DNA of 64,000 nucleotides from positions 257,515-321,514 of the forward strand of contig DF236982.1 of NCBI GenBank assembly GCA_000708835.1, written 5' to 3'. This document shows positions 36,701 through 49,479 of this stretch, piece by piece. The stretch's first letter is position 1; the number at the start of each line of letters is the position of its first letter. The position numbers and the translations under genes are program-made. The stretch is from Klebsormidium nitens. Taxonomy: Eukaryota > Plantae > Klebsormidiophyceae. Under the pieces are notes generated by a model. The model ran no database searches. It was not told the DNA's origin and saw nothing but the letters and a program-made list of their open reading frames with translations.

Positions 36701-39087
36701 AATGTTTGCCTCCGTCTGAGGTACGGCACGGTCCACCGAATGCCTTCTCTGGCGAAGCTCGAGAAGAATGCGAGGGAGCCAGCAAGCGGAATCAACAGAA
36801 GATGAGCGGGGTCCTAGCTGGCAAGAGGACGTGCCGGGAATATTTGCCGGAGTTGGCGGTTGGTGTGGATCAGGAGGAAGAGTTCGACCCCTGCGCTGAA
36901 CAGTGGCCCAGCGATGACGAGTTCAGCATCGGTGTCGACGAAGTTCCGGAGCGCCTCAAGGACCAAGCCGGGCAAGTGATGCTGACTGGAGTGCAAGATC
37001 CTTCTACCTCGGAAGCCAGGTCGTTCCTGCCGGCGGGGGTCGAGCCAGCTGCGTGTCCCTTCAGGCCCTTCTTCTTCTTTGAAAACGTGTCGAGAACGGC
37101 GCCCACCCTCGCACAGTCGGAGAGGAACTGGGGTGTCATGTCGCGCGAACTGTACGGCATCGAACCGGAGACCATCGACAGCGCAACTGTCAGCGCCAGC
37201 CATCGCAGGAGGAGCTACATCAGCAACATACCGAAGGGTCCAAGCCGAACCGTGCACAAGAGCAGATTCCAGAGCATACGGGACTTGTTTGGAGGTCTGG
37301 CCCGTTACTGGCCTGATTGGGATTTGCGACGGACCACCGGAAAGCTGCACACAATCTGCACCGAGTTTCTTGACAATTTGAAGCTTCGACGCTTCAATCC
37401 AGAGGTTAGAGCCGCCTTCTCTGCTGGGGAGATTGTTGGAGCGGAGACGAAAAGAACGGTAAGTACACAATGTTTCTGCATTTTTATGTTCATATTTCTC
37501 TGAGAAACAGTCGAGATTGTCAGCTCTGCACCTCAACTTTTCTCTATTTTTTCACTTCCCTGGTTAAAGTCCTTCAACCTTGATCGAGTGCGCGAGTGCG
37601 CGCTTGGGAGCGTTCAGAGTCTTGATAAATCTGTAAAGCTAGAGGATGAGAGCGCTAAGGTTGGAACGGCATCTCTTATGTTTGCTGCAAGCCTCCATTA
37701 TCTCGTGCTCCTGAACTGTGCCAGAATAAAGATGCCGGGTCAATCCTTCTTCACTGCAGCTGTACAGCCGGTCGCTAGTTTGGGTAGGGCCTAATCGGGC
37801 CGGTCGAATGTCTTTCGAGGAGATGGAGAAGGTATTGGGATACCCGGAAGGCCACACGCGCTTGATCGCGGACTCTTCCAGAAGACAGCGGTCCTTAGGA
37901 AACTCTCTCCAGGTAAGCCTTCCGCTTTTGTTAGGGCAAACGCCCAAAAGCGAGCATGTGCGTGACGAGGTTCTCATGTGTCAAAGCTCCAGGGGAACCT
38001 TTGGAGGCTTGAAGGCGGATGGCTAAAAATCATAAAACCTGGATGAGACTTCACTCGTTCGGACTGATTCTGACGGTGGGGTTCTGTGCACAATTGATAG
38101 GTCGGTTCGAGTCTTTAATATCCCCTAGCTAGCGTATAAAGCTTCTAATCATCATAATTCAACAGCACGTTGTCGACAATCATTCGAGACTCGGCTTCGT
38201 TCGCAGGTTGAAACAGTGATGGGCCTTCTCTCGCCGCTCGCTTCGTTGCAAGCCCCGGAGATGCCGGAAGGGTTAGCTGTGCTTTCCATCTGCGCTGGGA
38301 TCGGAGGCGTCGAGGTCGCGTTGCAGCGCCTGGGGATTCTCGTCCGAAGGCTTGTCTATGTCGAGATCGACGACGACTGCAGCGCGGTGAGTGAGAAGCA
38401 GCTTGTGAAAGAAGAAGGTTCCGGCGAAGCAGCCCTTATTAAGCTTCTAAGGCCTCATCTATACGACCCCATTTTGAGTTGAACGTATCTACATACAGCA
38501 TGCTCACACGTGAGTGCAGAATCAGGCTTCAGCCGTTCTGATGGTCCGGCGACCATAATTGTTCTGCTGAGATAGATGCGAATTAGGTCGCCTGTACCTT
38601 CGGTTTCAAAAACTAGGATTGCTGCGATCTAGTGTTGCCCCTGTGGTCACTGTCGAAACGCATAAGGGAAAGTCGTGCAAAGGCTTGAAGAGAGAGTCTA
38701 TAAGGCAGAATCCGTTTCAATCTGTTTGAGTAACGGGTCAAGACATCAAACGGTCTATTGCAGGTGCTTGAGCAGTTCTGGATGGAGGCGGGGCACCCGC
38801 AGACGAGCATTGTCAGATACAGAGACCTTTCCGACCCAACGTTGTTGGCGAATCTGGACGTTGAGGCTCGACAATGCAACGGCTTCGACCTCGTCGCTGG
38901 AGGAACACCATGCAACAACTTCTCCGGCAACAATCGGGTCCTGAAGGACGCGACCACGGGCAGGGGTAGAGTGGGTCTTGATGGAAAGCACTCCCGTCTT
39001 TTCTACAACTTCGCTGACATCTGCCGCAGGATGGTGGACCTACAAAATGAATTACGGGGCACAGAGAAGATAGTATATTACGCTTAG
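33746..39087 (+). CDS. DRM: DRM-type (circularly permuted) cytosine-5 DNA methyltransferase with an atypical N-terminal extension; true start not resolved
   Basis: Catalytic exons 36583-37458, 37760-37912, 38207-38386 and 38764-39087 carry DRM-order motifs: FFFENV, RRRSYISN, WPDWD, LVWVG, GYPEGHTR, LGNSLQV, LSICAGIGG, GFDLVAGGTPCNN. Upstream exons 33746/33781-33841, 34050-34171, 34724-34944, 35289-35411, 35658-35767, 35976-36148 and 36277-36357 all join in phase. Confidence 0.92.
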
Positions 39088-40657
39088 TTTGGCTGATTCG
39101 AAATGCATTCTGAGGAGCTCAGTCTTTCAAGAGTGCGCCCGCAGAAGCTTCGAAATGAGAACCCATGGAGTATTGTGTAAGTGAAATGTACACTTGCTAT
39201 GGCCTTTGACCTTCAGTCGTGTTCGTACATACTGAGGAATGCATGTAGGTTACTAGGTTGATAGGTTGAACGGCCCGAAAGTGACGGGCAGAAGCGATGC
39301 GAAACCCTCCGAACAGTCCAGCTGCAGTAGTTCGGCGTACAGGTTGACGAGGGAACATGATCAAGTGGGGATCAAGTGCTGGCAGATCGTGCTTTCCCTA
39401 TTGTTAATATGTTTTCCATCATCTGCCCGGATACCCAGGCGGAATGATCGTGATCATTTCTCCAAGCCCAGGCCCAGCATGCTTCAAGGCGGGCTGCGAT
39501 CGGACCTGCATGACAGTTGCGGCACGCACCGCTCATTTCTCAGGCCATCCTTGTGCGATTTGAGGTACCGCGGCAGGCATGCATTGAGCAACCAGACTCA
39601 ATCAATATGTCGCGGAACCCTTGAGGGAGCGTTCCGCTTAGTAAATGATCGGGCTACGTCCTAGGCTAGCTAAGCACAAGGCTACCTACGCACAGGGCGG
39701 GCATGCGCGCCGTGCACGGCCCGCACACATGCAACATGCGTCATGCGGTACGAGACATTTGAAGCTGATGGCGAATAATCGACAGTGCCACGGCATACGA
39801 CGAGTTTGCGTGGCCGGCATAGGCACATAGGCTGCTCGGCCGGCTTACGAAACGTTGAATGAGCGCTCCTGTAAGAGTGGCATGCAAGCGGCATTACTTT
39901 TTAACTCGACCACAAGCTCCAGCTTGGATATATATAGAGTTTCGCATGCAACCGATATCATGCGCTGGTTGGAATATACTAACGGCCGGGCTGCCGCACC
40001 ATATCATGTTATCATTATGACTCGCGTTCGGATGGACTATATCAAGTCCATGTATTCATATAGGATATGACTTATCAAGGGCTCTGAAGGGGCCGGGTAG
40101 CAGCGTTGCCAGTCAATCTTACTATATCGACAGTTACTAAGCAATCAATGTCATTCTTGACCGCAGTCCACTTGCAAGATTTGCTACCATTTCTTACACA
40201 GCCTTTCGCGACTAGCATGCCGCCTCAGCACTGAAGGCTAGTTGAGGTTCATTTGCTTAGCTTAAAAGGATTCACTGAACTTGAGCAGAAATCAGGACCC
40301 TTAACAGGATGTGGAAATGTACACCTCATTTAAGAATGAACGGTCTTCTCAGCATCCAATGTCTTCAGTGCAACACCATCTCTGCATATCTGGCTCAACG
40401 AGGGCGCCACTCGCTTAAATTAGCGCCTAAAAGTGGAGACTACAACTGTCTTGACGCTGACATCAACTCGGTGATCTGTATCTCGTGCTTGAGAGAAATA
40501 TGTTATGCGAACCGGTTGCTCACCGACTCACAAAAAGTGAACGAGCCTATAACGAGCTTCTACTATCGCTTCAGGCCTTCCCAACCCGGAAAGGAGTGTG
40601 GATTACCATCCAACCCGCCAGACATCTCCCGTCCCAAATTATTCTCGCACTGCGGCC

Positions 40658-43600
40658 CTACTTGCGCGTCTGCCGGCTCACGAACCGCAGCGCGACGTAG
40701 AAGAAGAAGCGGTAAGCGAGGAAGAACGCGATCATGACGGCCGCGTTGTTCCACTTGTGCACCTTAGCCATGTCGAAGCCCGCAAGAACCTGGTCAAGAA
40801 GACTAAATTTTAGAAACCAGCAAGCGTTGGGAGTACTGCATCCACCAGCCTGAGGTCGGTGAGGTTAGCTCGGGGGTTAGGGTGGAGACGAATGCGGAAG
40901 AGTTCTTTTCTGAAACCGAGACTGGAGGGCCGGCGGCTGTGACGACTCTCTCGTTGGACCAAAACTAGTACCAGATGAGGCTCGGTAGATGTCAGAAGCT
41001 GTCCTTCAATGCTTGAAAGAGGCCCCAGCGGCGAGCTTACTAGAAACGTGGCTTTTGAGAAAGGTTAGGTGCTGGCTATTCGCGAGACATGTCATACCTC
41101 ATTCGAAGAGTCATACCTGGGGTGCGGTCGCGAGGCAGCTCGGCCCGGGGAGGCCGTCGAAGCACTGGTCGCGCACGCCGGGGGCCGTGAACTCGTTGTA
41201 GAGCAGCATCTCCAGGGGGTACTTGAACGTGGACAGGTAGTGGAACCAGATCCAGTATCCGGGGATGTCGCCCCTGCAGCCGGGGGAAGAAGAAGGAATG
41301 AGTTTATAGTCGGGTCTACCGCTGGTGTTATCCCTCCTTCGGCTGAGCCATGGACGAGTCTTTGACCGGGGACATCTTCCTTGCCCCCACAAAAGAGAAG
41401 TAGGAGCGATTGGCGGTAAACTTCGTCGAGAGCAACCGTCGACGACGTTGCCATTTGTCACACTATAACGTTCAACCACATTGATAACGAGACTAATTCG
41501 AATTGAGCAGGTCCTTGCTGGCCTAGCTGTTGATGTGCCAGTTGGCAAGAGAAGTTAGTTCCAGGGACTTTGCGCCTGACAGTTGCGCCCAGGCGCCGAA
41601 GCGCCGAAGCTCCACAGCGCCCGAGTGCTGAAGCAGCCAAGCGGCCAAGCGGCCTCTGGTGGGTCAACGCCTCACCTGGGGATGAAGAAGCCGCAGAAGA
41701 GGAAGAAGTACGCTGACTTTTGCTAGATTGAAGTCTCTTTGAAACCCTCACCTGGGGATGAAGAAGAAGCCACAGAAGAGGAAAAAGTACGCTGACTTTT
41801 CCTAGATTGAAGTTCTTTGAAACCCTCACCTGGGGATGAAGAAGAAGCCGCAAAAGGAGGAAGAAGTACGCTGACTTTTCCTAGATTGAAGTCTCTTTGA
41901 AACCCTTACCTGGGGATGAAGAAGCAGCCGCAAAAGAGGAAGAAGTACGCTGACTTTGCTAGATTGAAGTCTCTTTAAAAGCCTCACCTGGGGATGAAGA
42001 AGCCGCAGAAGAGGAAAAAGTACGCTGACTTTTGCTAGACTGAAGTTTCTTTCACCTGGGGATGAAGAAGCAGCCGCCAGAGAGGAAGATGTACGCTGAC
42101 TTTGCCGAATTGAAGTCTTTTTGAAAGCCTCACCTGGGGATGAAGAAGCCGCAGAAGAGGAAGAAGTAGGCGGTGAAGGCGGTGATGATGGTGTTGCCCG
42201 TGATGAAGTTGGGCACGAGCGCGCTCCAGAAGACGACGAACGAGTTGGCCACGCTCAGCACCAGGAACAGCGTGAAGACGAAGAAGAAGAAGCTGCTCGC
42301 CTCCGCGGCCATGCCGATCATCCTGCAGGAAGGGGGAGAGAGGCGCTGACGTCAAACGCTGGCGTCAGAAAATGCGAGTTGTTGTTATGAAGACGAAGAA
42401 GAAGAAGCTGCTCGCCTCTGCGGCCGTGCCGATGATCCTCCGGGGAGGGGGAGAGAGGCGCCGACGTCAGACGCTGGCGTCAGAAAGTTGCAAAGTTTCG
42501 TCGTCGTGAAGACGTGGTCTCCGGGAAAGCTTTCAAGGTGGGGGTTTTCTTTGCTGGAAAGTTTTGGCTTCAGCCCATATCTTGCGGAGCAGGAAAGATG
42601 ACAATGCCGGATTTGACAATGGGCTCCATGTCGACGTCACGATGTCTTGGATACTATTGGTTGTAGGAACAAGCCGCTGTCTTTTCGAACAGAAGCCGCG
42701 ATTGTGCGATCAAGCGAAGGCGAAATACGCCGCACAGTAGTAGCTTGATAAGCCGCACCGCCCCTCCGAGACCGTTCGAGGATTGCGGAGCAAAAGGCGA
42801 GGCTTGAAAACCAACAAGCGGCAGAAAATGAGGCTGCTTTTCTGGTGCCAAACGTTCAACGCAAGAAAGTCGATACAAGAGCGCTCGATACGCGCTGAGT
42901 GCCATCTCAAAAAGCACGTGAGAGAGTCCGCCAGTAGGAAGATCAGCTCTCGAGGCTGAACAACGGGCGTTTTCTTTGCGTCATTCTCACCAGTAGGAGA
43001 CGCAGCTGAAGATAAGCGCCAGGACGAAGAAGAAGGGCAGGAAGATGATGGCGCTCGAGATGGAGTACGCCGACGTGCGGTATGCGCCACGGGACGTCTC
43101 GCGGATGAAAATCTGCGGGGAAAAATGGTGAAATGTGTACATCTTGAAAGCCAAGACTCTAGGGACTATTTGCCTCTACAGACAGATAGATGGGCAGCCC
43201 TTTGGTGGACGTCAATAGCGGTGGCACTCAAATGAACGAAACATCTCAACCATCTCAACCAAGTTCCAGCGTAGTTACTACAGCTTCTTCCGAGCAACCT
43301 GCCAATTGTGATGAAAAGCCTTAGCCTAATTTAGTCAGTCTGTTGCCGAGTAAAATAAGTTTGAATCAGATAACACTGACATTAGCAGGTTGCTCGGGAG
43401 AAGCTGCAGAACCCTACAGCTTTTAAGCCCCTGCGATCAGGTTCTTCCAAGCGAGAGGGATAGGCAGGATAAACTACAAAAGTCGCATTGAGAACCCATG
43501 AACACCTCAAGTCGACGACCTTAAAACCTTAGAACTTATAACGCACCTGCTTCTCCGCCAGGAAGATGGGCAGCGCCTCGGTGGACGTGAAGAGCAGCAG

Positions 43601-46600
43601 CGCGAGCGCGAACGCGATGTACGACGCGCGCGCCTGGATGCCGTACGGCGTGAAACCGATGGAGAAGAAGAGGGAGCCCAGCACGAAGCCGGTCATGCAC
43701 ATGAGGCCGATGCGCGCGAAGAAGAGCTCGGGCGTCCGCAGCGTGTTGCGCAGGCAGCGGTCCGAGAGGACGAACAGCTCGGAGAGGAAGGACGTCGCGA
43801 ACTTGGGCTTCTCGCCGATGACCGACATGTTGGACTGGATCTGGGCCAGCTTGCCGTGGCGCTCGTACCGCGCTTGCTGCACGAGAGAAATGTCGTTTGA
43901 GTGTTTGATTTCCCCGGCTGTGGTAAGATTATATGGGGATGTTCGGAGACAAAGGATGCCGCGAACTTGAGATTTTGCTGAGGAACGCAACAAACTGGAT
44001 CTGGGCCAGCTTGCCGTGGCGCTCGTACCGCACTTGCTGCACGAGAGAGGTTTCGCTGTCAGAATGGTGGGGCTGCTCCGGGATGGTAAGATCATACGAC
44101 ATCAAAAATTTCGGATGTAGAGAGGGGGGTGGGAGAAAGACGTCGCAAAGTTGGGGTTTTGCTGAAAATCGCAACGGACTGGATCTGGGCCAGCTTGCCG
44201 TGGCGCTCGTATCGCGCTTGCTGCACGAAGAGATTTTTGGGTTTCGAAACGCTGGGGGTATCCGGGCGGTATTGGAATATTATCAAAAGTGCTTAAGGAT
44301 TACAGGTTTGAAAGGAACTTGGAACGAAGGGACGTCGGGGCTTCGCTCTGAGGACCAATGCCTCGCTTGTTGTGGTGGTGAAAGCTCGCTGCTGACTCCG
44401 TCATCGTAAGATTCCGACGTCTGGCATCGCAGAACACAGTTCTAAAACCGGGAGCTGTTCGATGCTGGCAGAACGGGCTGCAGGCCTTCAGCTAACGTAG
44501 GAAACCAAGCACTAAAAGCAAAGCAGAAAAGCATACATTGCTGAATCACAACTCAGGACCGTACGGAAGTCACCGGTGCTTTGGGAATGGAAAAGAGCGC
44601 AGCTCACGGAAGAAGGGACGAGTGGTTGGTGGCCCCCTCCTTGGAGAATAGTTACTGATATTGCACGCGAAAAGATCGTCCATGTCCCAACTGTATGGAA
44701 TCTGTCGAATGTGACCAGAGCCGAAAGCCCACGCAGTGTTTGGATGCTGTGGGATGACAGGGAAAGAACTCCCTAGAAGCCTAGAACTCGACCTTTCAAA
44801 GGTCTCAAAAACTCAGACGTGAAAACCGCAACTCACGGCGAAGTCGACGAGCGGCTCGATGCCCCCCTTGCTCTCTTGGAGCTCCTCGATCGTGTCCAAC
44901 GTGTACTCGAGCACGTTCACGTGGTTTGGCACGTGGCGCCCGAACTCCTTGAGGTGCGGGGCGAGGCCGGGGTAGGGGCCATGATACACCGGGTTGCCAC
45001 GGGCAAGGATCAAAAAGTTGTCAATCAGCTCCAGAATCCTGGAAAATAGGGATAGAAGTGTTGCTTTCGGGAGTAGAGAAATCTGAATCTTGAGATTTAG
45101 ATGGTGAAAGCTGCTGACCGAGCTCTTTTGAGGTGCGGCGCAAGGCCGGGGTAGGGGCCGTGGTACATCGGGTTGCCGCGGGCCAGATCAGAAAGTTGTC
45201 AATCAGCTCCAAGATCCTGGCACACAGAGATAGAATTGTTGCTATTAAGAGTGTTGGAATCAAAATCTAAGATTCAGTATGGTGAAAGCTGCTGACCGAA
45301 CTCTTTGAGGTGGGGGGGGCCAGGCCGGGTTGTGTGGCCGTGGTATACTGGGTTGCGGTGGGCCAAAGTTCGAAGACCGGTCAATCAACTCCAAGATCCT
45401 GGATAATAGGGATAGAAGTGTTGCTTTCGAGATTGTTGGAAAACAAATAAAAAGATTCAGTATGGTGAAAGCTGCCCCGGAGCAGGGGCCGTGGTTGCCA
45501 CGGGCAAGGGATTCGAAGTTATCAATCAGCTCTGAAACCCTGTACAAATGGAGGATGCACCGGCGTCAAGAGCTCAAGGTGTTGAAGCTGAGGAGCTTAG
45601 CTTCCATGAAAGCGAGCGGTTCTGAGCTGCCCCAGGTTCGAGGCATGAAGTACTGAGTCAGCAGGTAATCAAGCAGCTGTAAGATCCTGCAGTGAGACCA
45701 CTTTCTCCGCGCCGAGTTTTGGGAAAGACCAAGATTGACTACTCAGGTTTGCAATGAAGCAATTTTGACAGGATGCTGGCGTTGGCGAACAGAGGAAAGG
45801 ACCTTCTCAACCTTGAACGTTGAGGGCTGACCTGAAGCTGGGCTGGTGGATTGTCAGGATGATCGTGCGATTCTTGGTACGCGCGATGTTGTGCAGAATT
45901 TGAACCACGTTGAGAGCGCTCGTAGAGTCCAGCCCGGAGGTCGGCTCGTCCAGGAACCTGGTGAAGGGAGGGTTTAAGAACACGGGTTAAGAGAGTCGGT
46001 TGACGAGGCACAAACCTGGTCAAAGGAGGAGCTCGGATCCTCTCAGGAGGCCAAGCAGAGTGAGAGAAACGGACTGTGAGGGTTTGGTCTCAAGGCAGTG
46101 ACGGCTAAAAATTACATACGATGATTCACTCGCAGAGCTGATCAGGGCGAAGTGGGACTGGGTGCGCTTTTGCGATGCACGACTTCGGTGCTCGATCGGA
46201 TCAAGCAATCACAGAAAGACTCGCTTTCACAGAAGGCAAGAGAAACATAGACGGATGCGTTTGGTGCTGATTGGCAACCATGTTTACCGTGAGATATATC
46301 ACAAAGCATCAAGGCGCCATGCGTTTGAAAGACGACAGCCCGAGGAAAGTGAGCGAGTCCGCTTACAACACTGGCGGGTCGTGGATAAGATCGACGCCGA
46401 TTGACACACGCCGCTTCTCTCCTCCTGAGACGCCCCGCACCTGCACATTGTAAGACATGTCAGTTTCAATCGACACCACTGGATGAGAATAAGGAGGTCT
46501 GTAGTCACATGGTACCTCCGACTAGCCTGACGTCACTCTGCCGTCAGCATCTGCTTCCAACCGTTGCCGGGAGAAGTCAAATCACTCTATCAAGCTGGCA

Positions 46601-49479
46601 ATCATTTCTTTGCCGAGATGCAGGCAGGTTTTGCCAATGAAGCAGCCCACAGTGAAGCAGCCCAAAACTTGCCGCCACTGCAGAGCAAAGAGAGTCAACC
46701 TCGTCTACATACCCAAACAGACAATTGTCGGTTGTATAATCAGACTGCTTCTGAGACGAGGCAAATGAGGTGTTGCCTCGGTCATTTCCCTCCTTGCCAA
46801 TTTCGAGCTCGTTGGTGATCTCATCAGCCATAGAACGATTCTGCATCCGACACACTTCCAGACCTTCCTGCCCCGCTTACCTCCTCATTCCCAATTTTGG
46901 TGTCAGCAGCGTGGGTGAGCCCAAGCTCGGTGATCATCTCCTCCACCCGCTCCTTTTTCTCGGCAGTTGTCATGGTCCCCGGCAACCGGAGTCGTGCGCT
47001 GAACATGAGCGTCTCGCGCACCGACAGCATAGGGAACAGCTGGTCGTCCTGTTGTTCAGGAGGAATCAAGGTTTGAGACGCGGGTTTAGGAGTCTTTTCA
47101 AGCACTCAACGAGGCTGCTGACGGAAAATCATCATCTGCAAATGAGAAAGAACCGACGAAATGCTTTTGGCCCTTCTCACCAGCAGAATGGAAACCGCGT
47201 TTTTTGTGGAAGTGGAGCTTCGAAAAGTGGGGCAAGCAGCGGGTTAGAAAGTGGGTCAATATTTGGTGAGATGAAAAGTAGAATTCCTGAGAAGAGTTAG
47301 CCCATATCTGGTCAGCAATTTGGTAATAATGGAGCGAAAAATTCGAAGTTGTTTGCACAAGCTCAGGGAAAGAGCGATGCTGACTTTGCGATACAGGGGG
47401 AGTGCTTTCAAACCGAGGCCCTTGACTTTGGATAAATGTGCTCCCCAGCAGAAAGAATAGAGGCAATCATGATTTTGGAGACATCATGATTTGCATAGAA
47501 TAGCCAGATAGCAGCTTCAACTCATGTCCACAATGATTCTCATGCTGCTCCCCAAAAACCCCGCAGAAAAGATTTTTCCACCCCTTCATGAAAACCAAAC
47601 GGACCCTTTGCCAAATACACAAGTCGTTTTTGCCCTATCCCACCCCCCCCCCCCCCTACTCACCTGCATCACATATCCCGACAGCCGCTTGAACCCATGG
47701 TCCATCGGCTTATTGTTCACCAGGATCCCCCCCTCCAGGCTGTTGGAGTCGATCCGCCCCGCGATTGCATCCAAGAATGTCGATTTTCCAGCCCCCGAGG
47801 GGCCCATAACCGCCATCATCTCTCCATGGCGTGCCACAGCGCTGACCTTATTCAACAAAAGGCGCTCCGTCGAGCCCTCCTGAGTCTTAGAAACAACCTG
47901 TGGCCAGAGGAGAATACTTGGTTATTTCCTTCCATTCGCTGCTTGTTTGTGTGTCTTTGTTTTCATGTCAGCGGCGGAGGTGGAACTTCTGTTTTGTGCC
48001 TCTCCTGAGTCTCTGCTACTATGAGAGCATAGTGTTTTCGTGACGTGTCCCAAGGCCATCCTGCTAAGAAAGTCTTGCTCTGAGACAAACAGGTTTTCAG
48101 GCCTGATTGTGATCTTTGATAATCTGCATCGACAAGTTCCATTCTTGCCGCATGAAGCCAAGCAGACAGTGATTGCCAGTAGTGCAGAGGAGTACTCGTT
48201 GTTACTCGCAGAGTTCGACAATTAAAGCCAGCCAAAGAATCAGGTGTTGTGTATCAGGTGTTCTGTTTGCATCCCTGGTGACTTCCATCCAGCTTGTTAT
48301 GATGACAGTACTTTTCAAGGCTGCTTTCCAGACGGCGACTATGAGAGGCTTGGGAAACATTTACCGTACTACGAGTATTAGCACCATAGTAAAGTACGGG
48401 GAAAAGACAACGACAGCAGCCCACTCTGGCCCACTGTTTGATGCCTTATGAAAGGCAGTCTTGAGTTAAAATGAGCCTGCGCGTTGCAAACAAGACTGTG
48501 TTCATCAGTGTTCTGGGCTATATTGTTCTTGTAGTCCAATGTTTGGGGGCTTTTGTGAAACTTCTTACACCTGGAGCGACTTCAAGGTCCGTCCAACTTA
48601 GCCTCATCTTCAGCTAAGCACCACCATGGTACTGATAAGACTCTGATGCTCTCCTTCCATGAAGGCACATCAGCAACAGCCATCCATATGTTCTTTGAAA
48701 CACAAGTACAGCACTGGATGTAAGTACCCTTGAAATGATCAATAACTAACTAGAGTTCAGCACAAACGTGTGAAGTTCGACGCAACTTGACAATGATAAG
48801 CACCGAAGTTGAGATGGACCAGTACATTCAGGGCAGCTATGCAGTCAACTTTCCAACAGCCTGTTCTTCCTTTTGACTCTTATAAAGACAGGGCCATTCT
48901 GAAGGTGCTGCCAGCAGAAGATGAAGTAAAACAGCAATCAAATGTGAGTGCCTGAGATCACTCCCGGGACAGCATCAAAGGACAGAATGCCACTGACCAT
49001 CAGGCACTCTAACCACGTTCATTATTCTTATATGCCCAGAAATATGGGAGTAAGGTGGTGTCAAAATACTAAGCGAGATCCCTCTGCCCTGAAGCAAGAC
49101 CTTCTTCTTGAAATATGTTTTGGTGAGCATTGCAAAGCGCGCTTCTACCTTGTGCTTCAAATGTTGCACAGGTTGTCTGGCATTTTTTGCGAGTGTCCTT
49201 ACAAGAACGTAGTTGACGTTTCTCCTGTCGAGAATACACAACACATAACTTGTTTCGCAGCGACCTCGCCAAAGCAAATGTGTCGGAAAAGAGAGTCTTG
49301 CAGCACGAGAACACGGCACTCTCAACCCTCACCTTGTATGTCAGCGAATGGATGGAGAGGTCATACGTCTTGTGCTTGCCTCCGTGCTTGGAGTCATCAT
49401 GAGATGATGAATCACCCTCAGGGACGCTGTTCGGCAGCTCCACTTCCTTTGTTTTGGCACCAGTTTCCAGGTCCGCCAT
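40658..49479 (-). CDS. ABCG: ABCG (WBC-type) half-size ABC transporter
   Basis: Exons 49479-49333, 47885-47664 (GPSGAGKST), 47048-46881, 46440-46367 ([12 protein letters not shown]), 45957-45832 ([15 protein letters not shown]), 45038-44837, unresolved linker exon(s) near 44.3-44.65 kb, then TMD exons 43876-43547, 43112-42991, 42322-42134, 41273-41117, 40789-40658. Confidence 0.95.
41670..42160 (-). repeat. Tandem array of ~77-bp units, each the last ~37 nt of an ABCG exon plus its 5' splice donor (1 functional + 6 copies)
   Basis: On the + strand (c/t)acctggggatgaagaag recurs at ~41673, 41749, 41827, 41907, 41985, 42053 and 42131. On the - strand each unit reads tacttcttcctcttctgcggcttcttcatccccag|gt. 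Confidence 0.95.
42290..42500 (-). repeat. Duplicated acceptor plus exon start ([16 protein letters not shown]) in an ABCG intron
   Basis: A second copy at ~42390-42480 has the acceptor altered to ccggag. Part of a third copy follows. Confidence 0.85.
43830..44235 (-). repeat. Three copies of acceptor plus exon start ([14 protein letters not shown]) in ABCG
   Basis: cgtgcag|caag(c/t)gcg(g/a)tacgagcgccacggcaagctggcccagatccag has its acceptor AG at 43877, 44037 and 44221. Confidence 0.92.
44950..45545 (-). repeat. Four copies of acceptor plus exon start ([16 protein letters not shown]) in ABCG
   Basis: The acceptor AG lies at 45039 (functional), 45217, 45399 and 45540. The copies are frameshifted and diverge more with distance from the real exon. 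Confidence 0.92.

Noticed and set aside
33746-39087. Methyltransferase carried by a retrotransposon or virus insert
   Set aside because: The gene has ten or more spliceosomal introns and the plant DRM permutation. No RT, integrase, tyrosine recombinase, LTR or TIR is visible nearby.
41670-42160. CRISPR-like regular repeat array
   Set aside because: There are no unique spacers. The whole unit repeats and derives from the adjacent exon end, and the context is eukaryotic with no cas genes.
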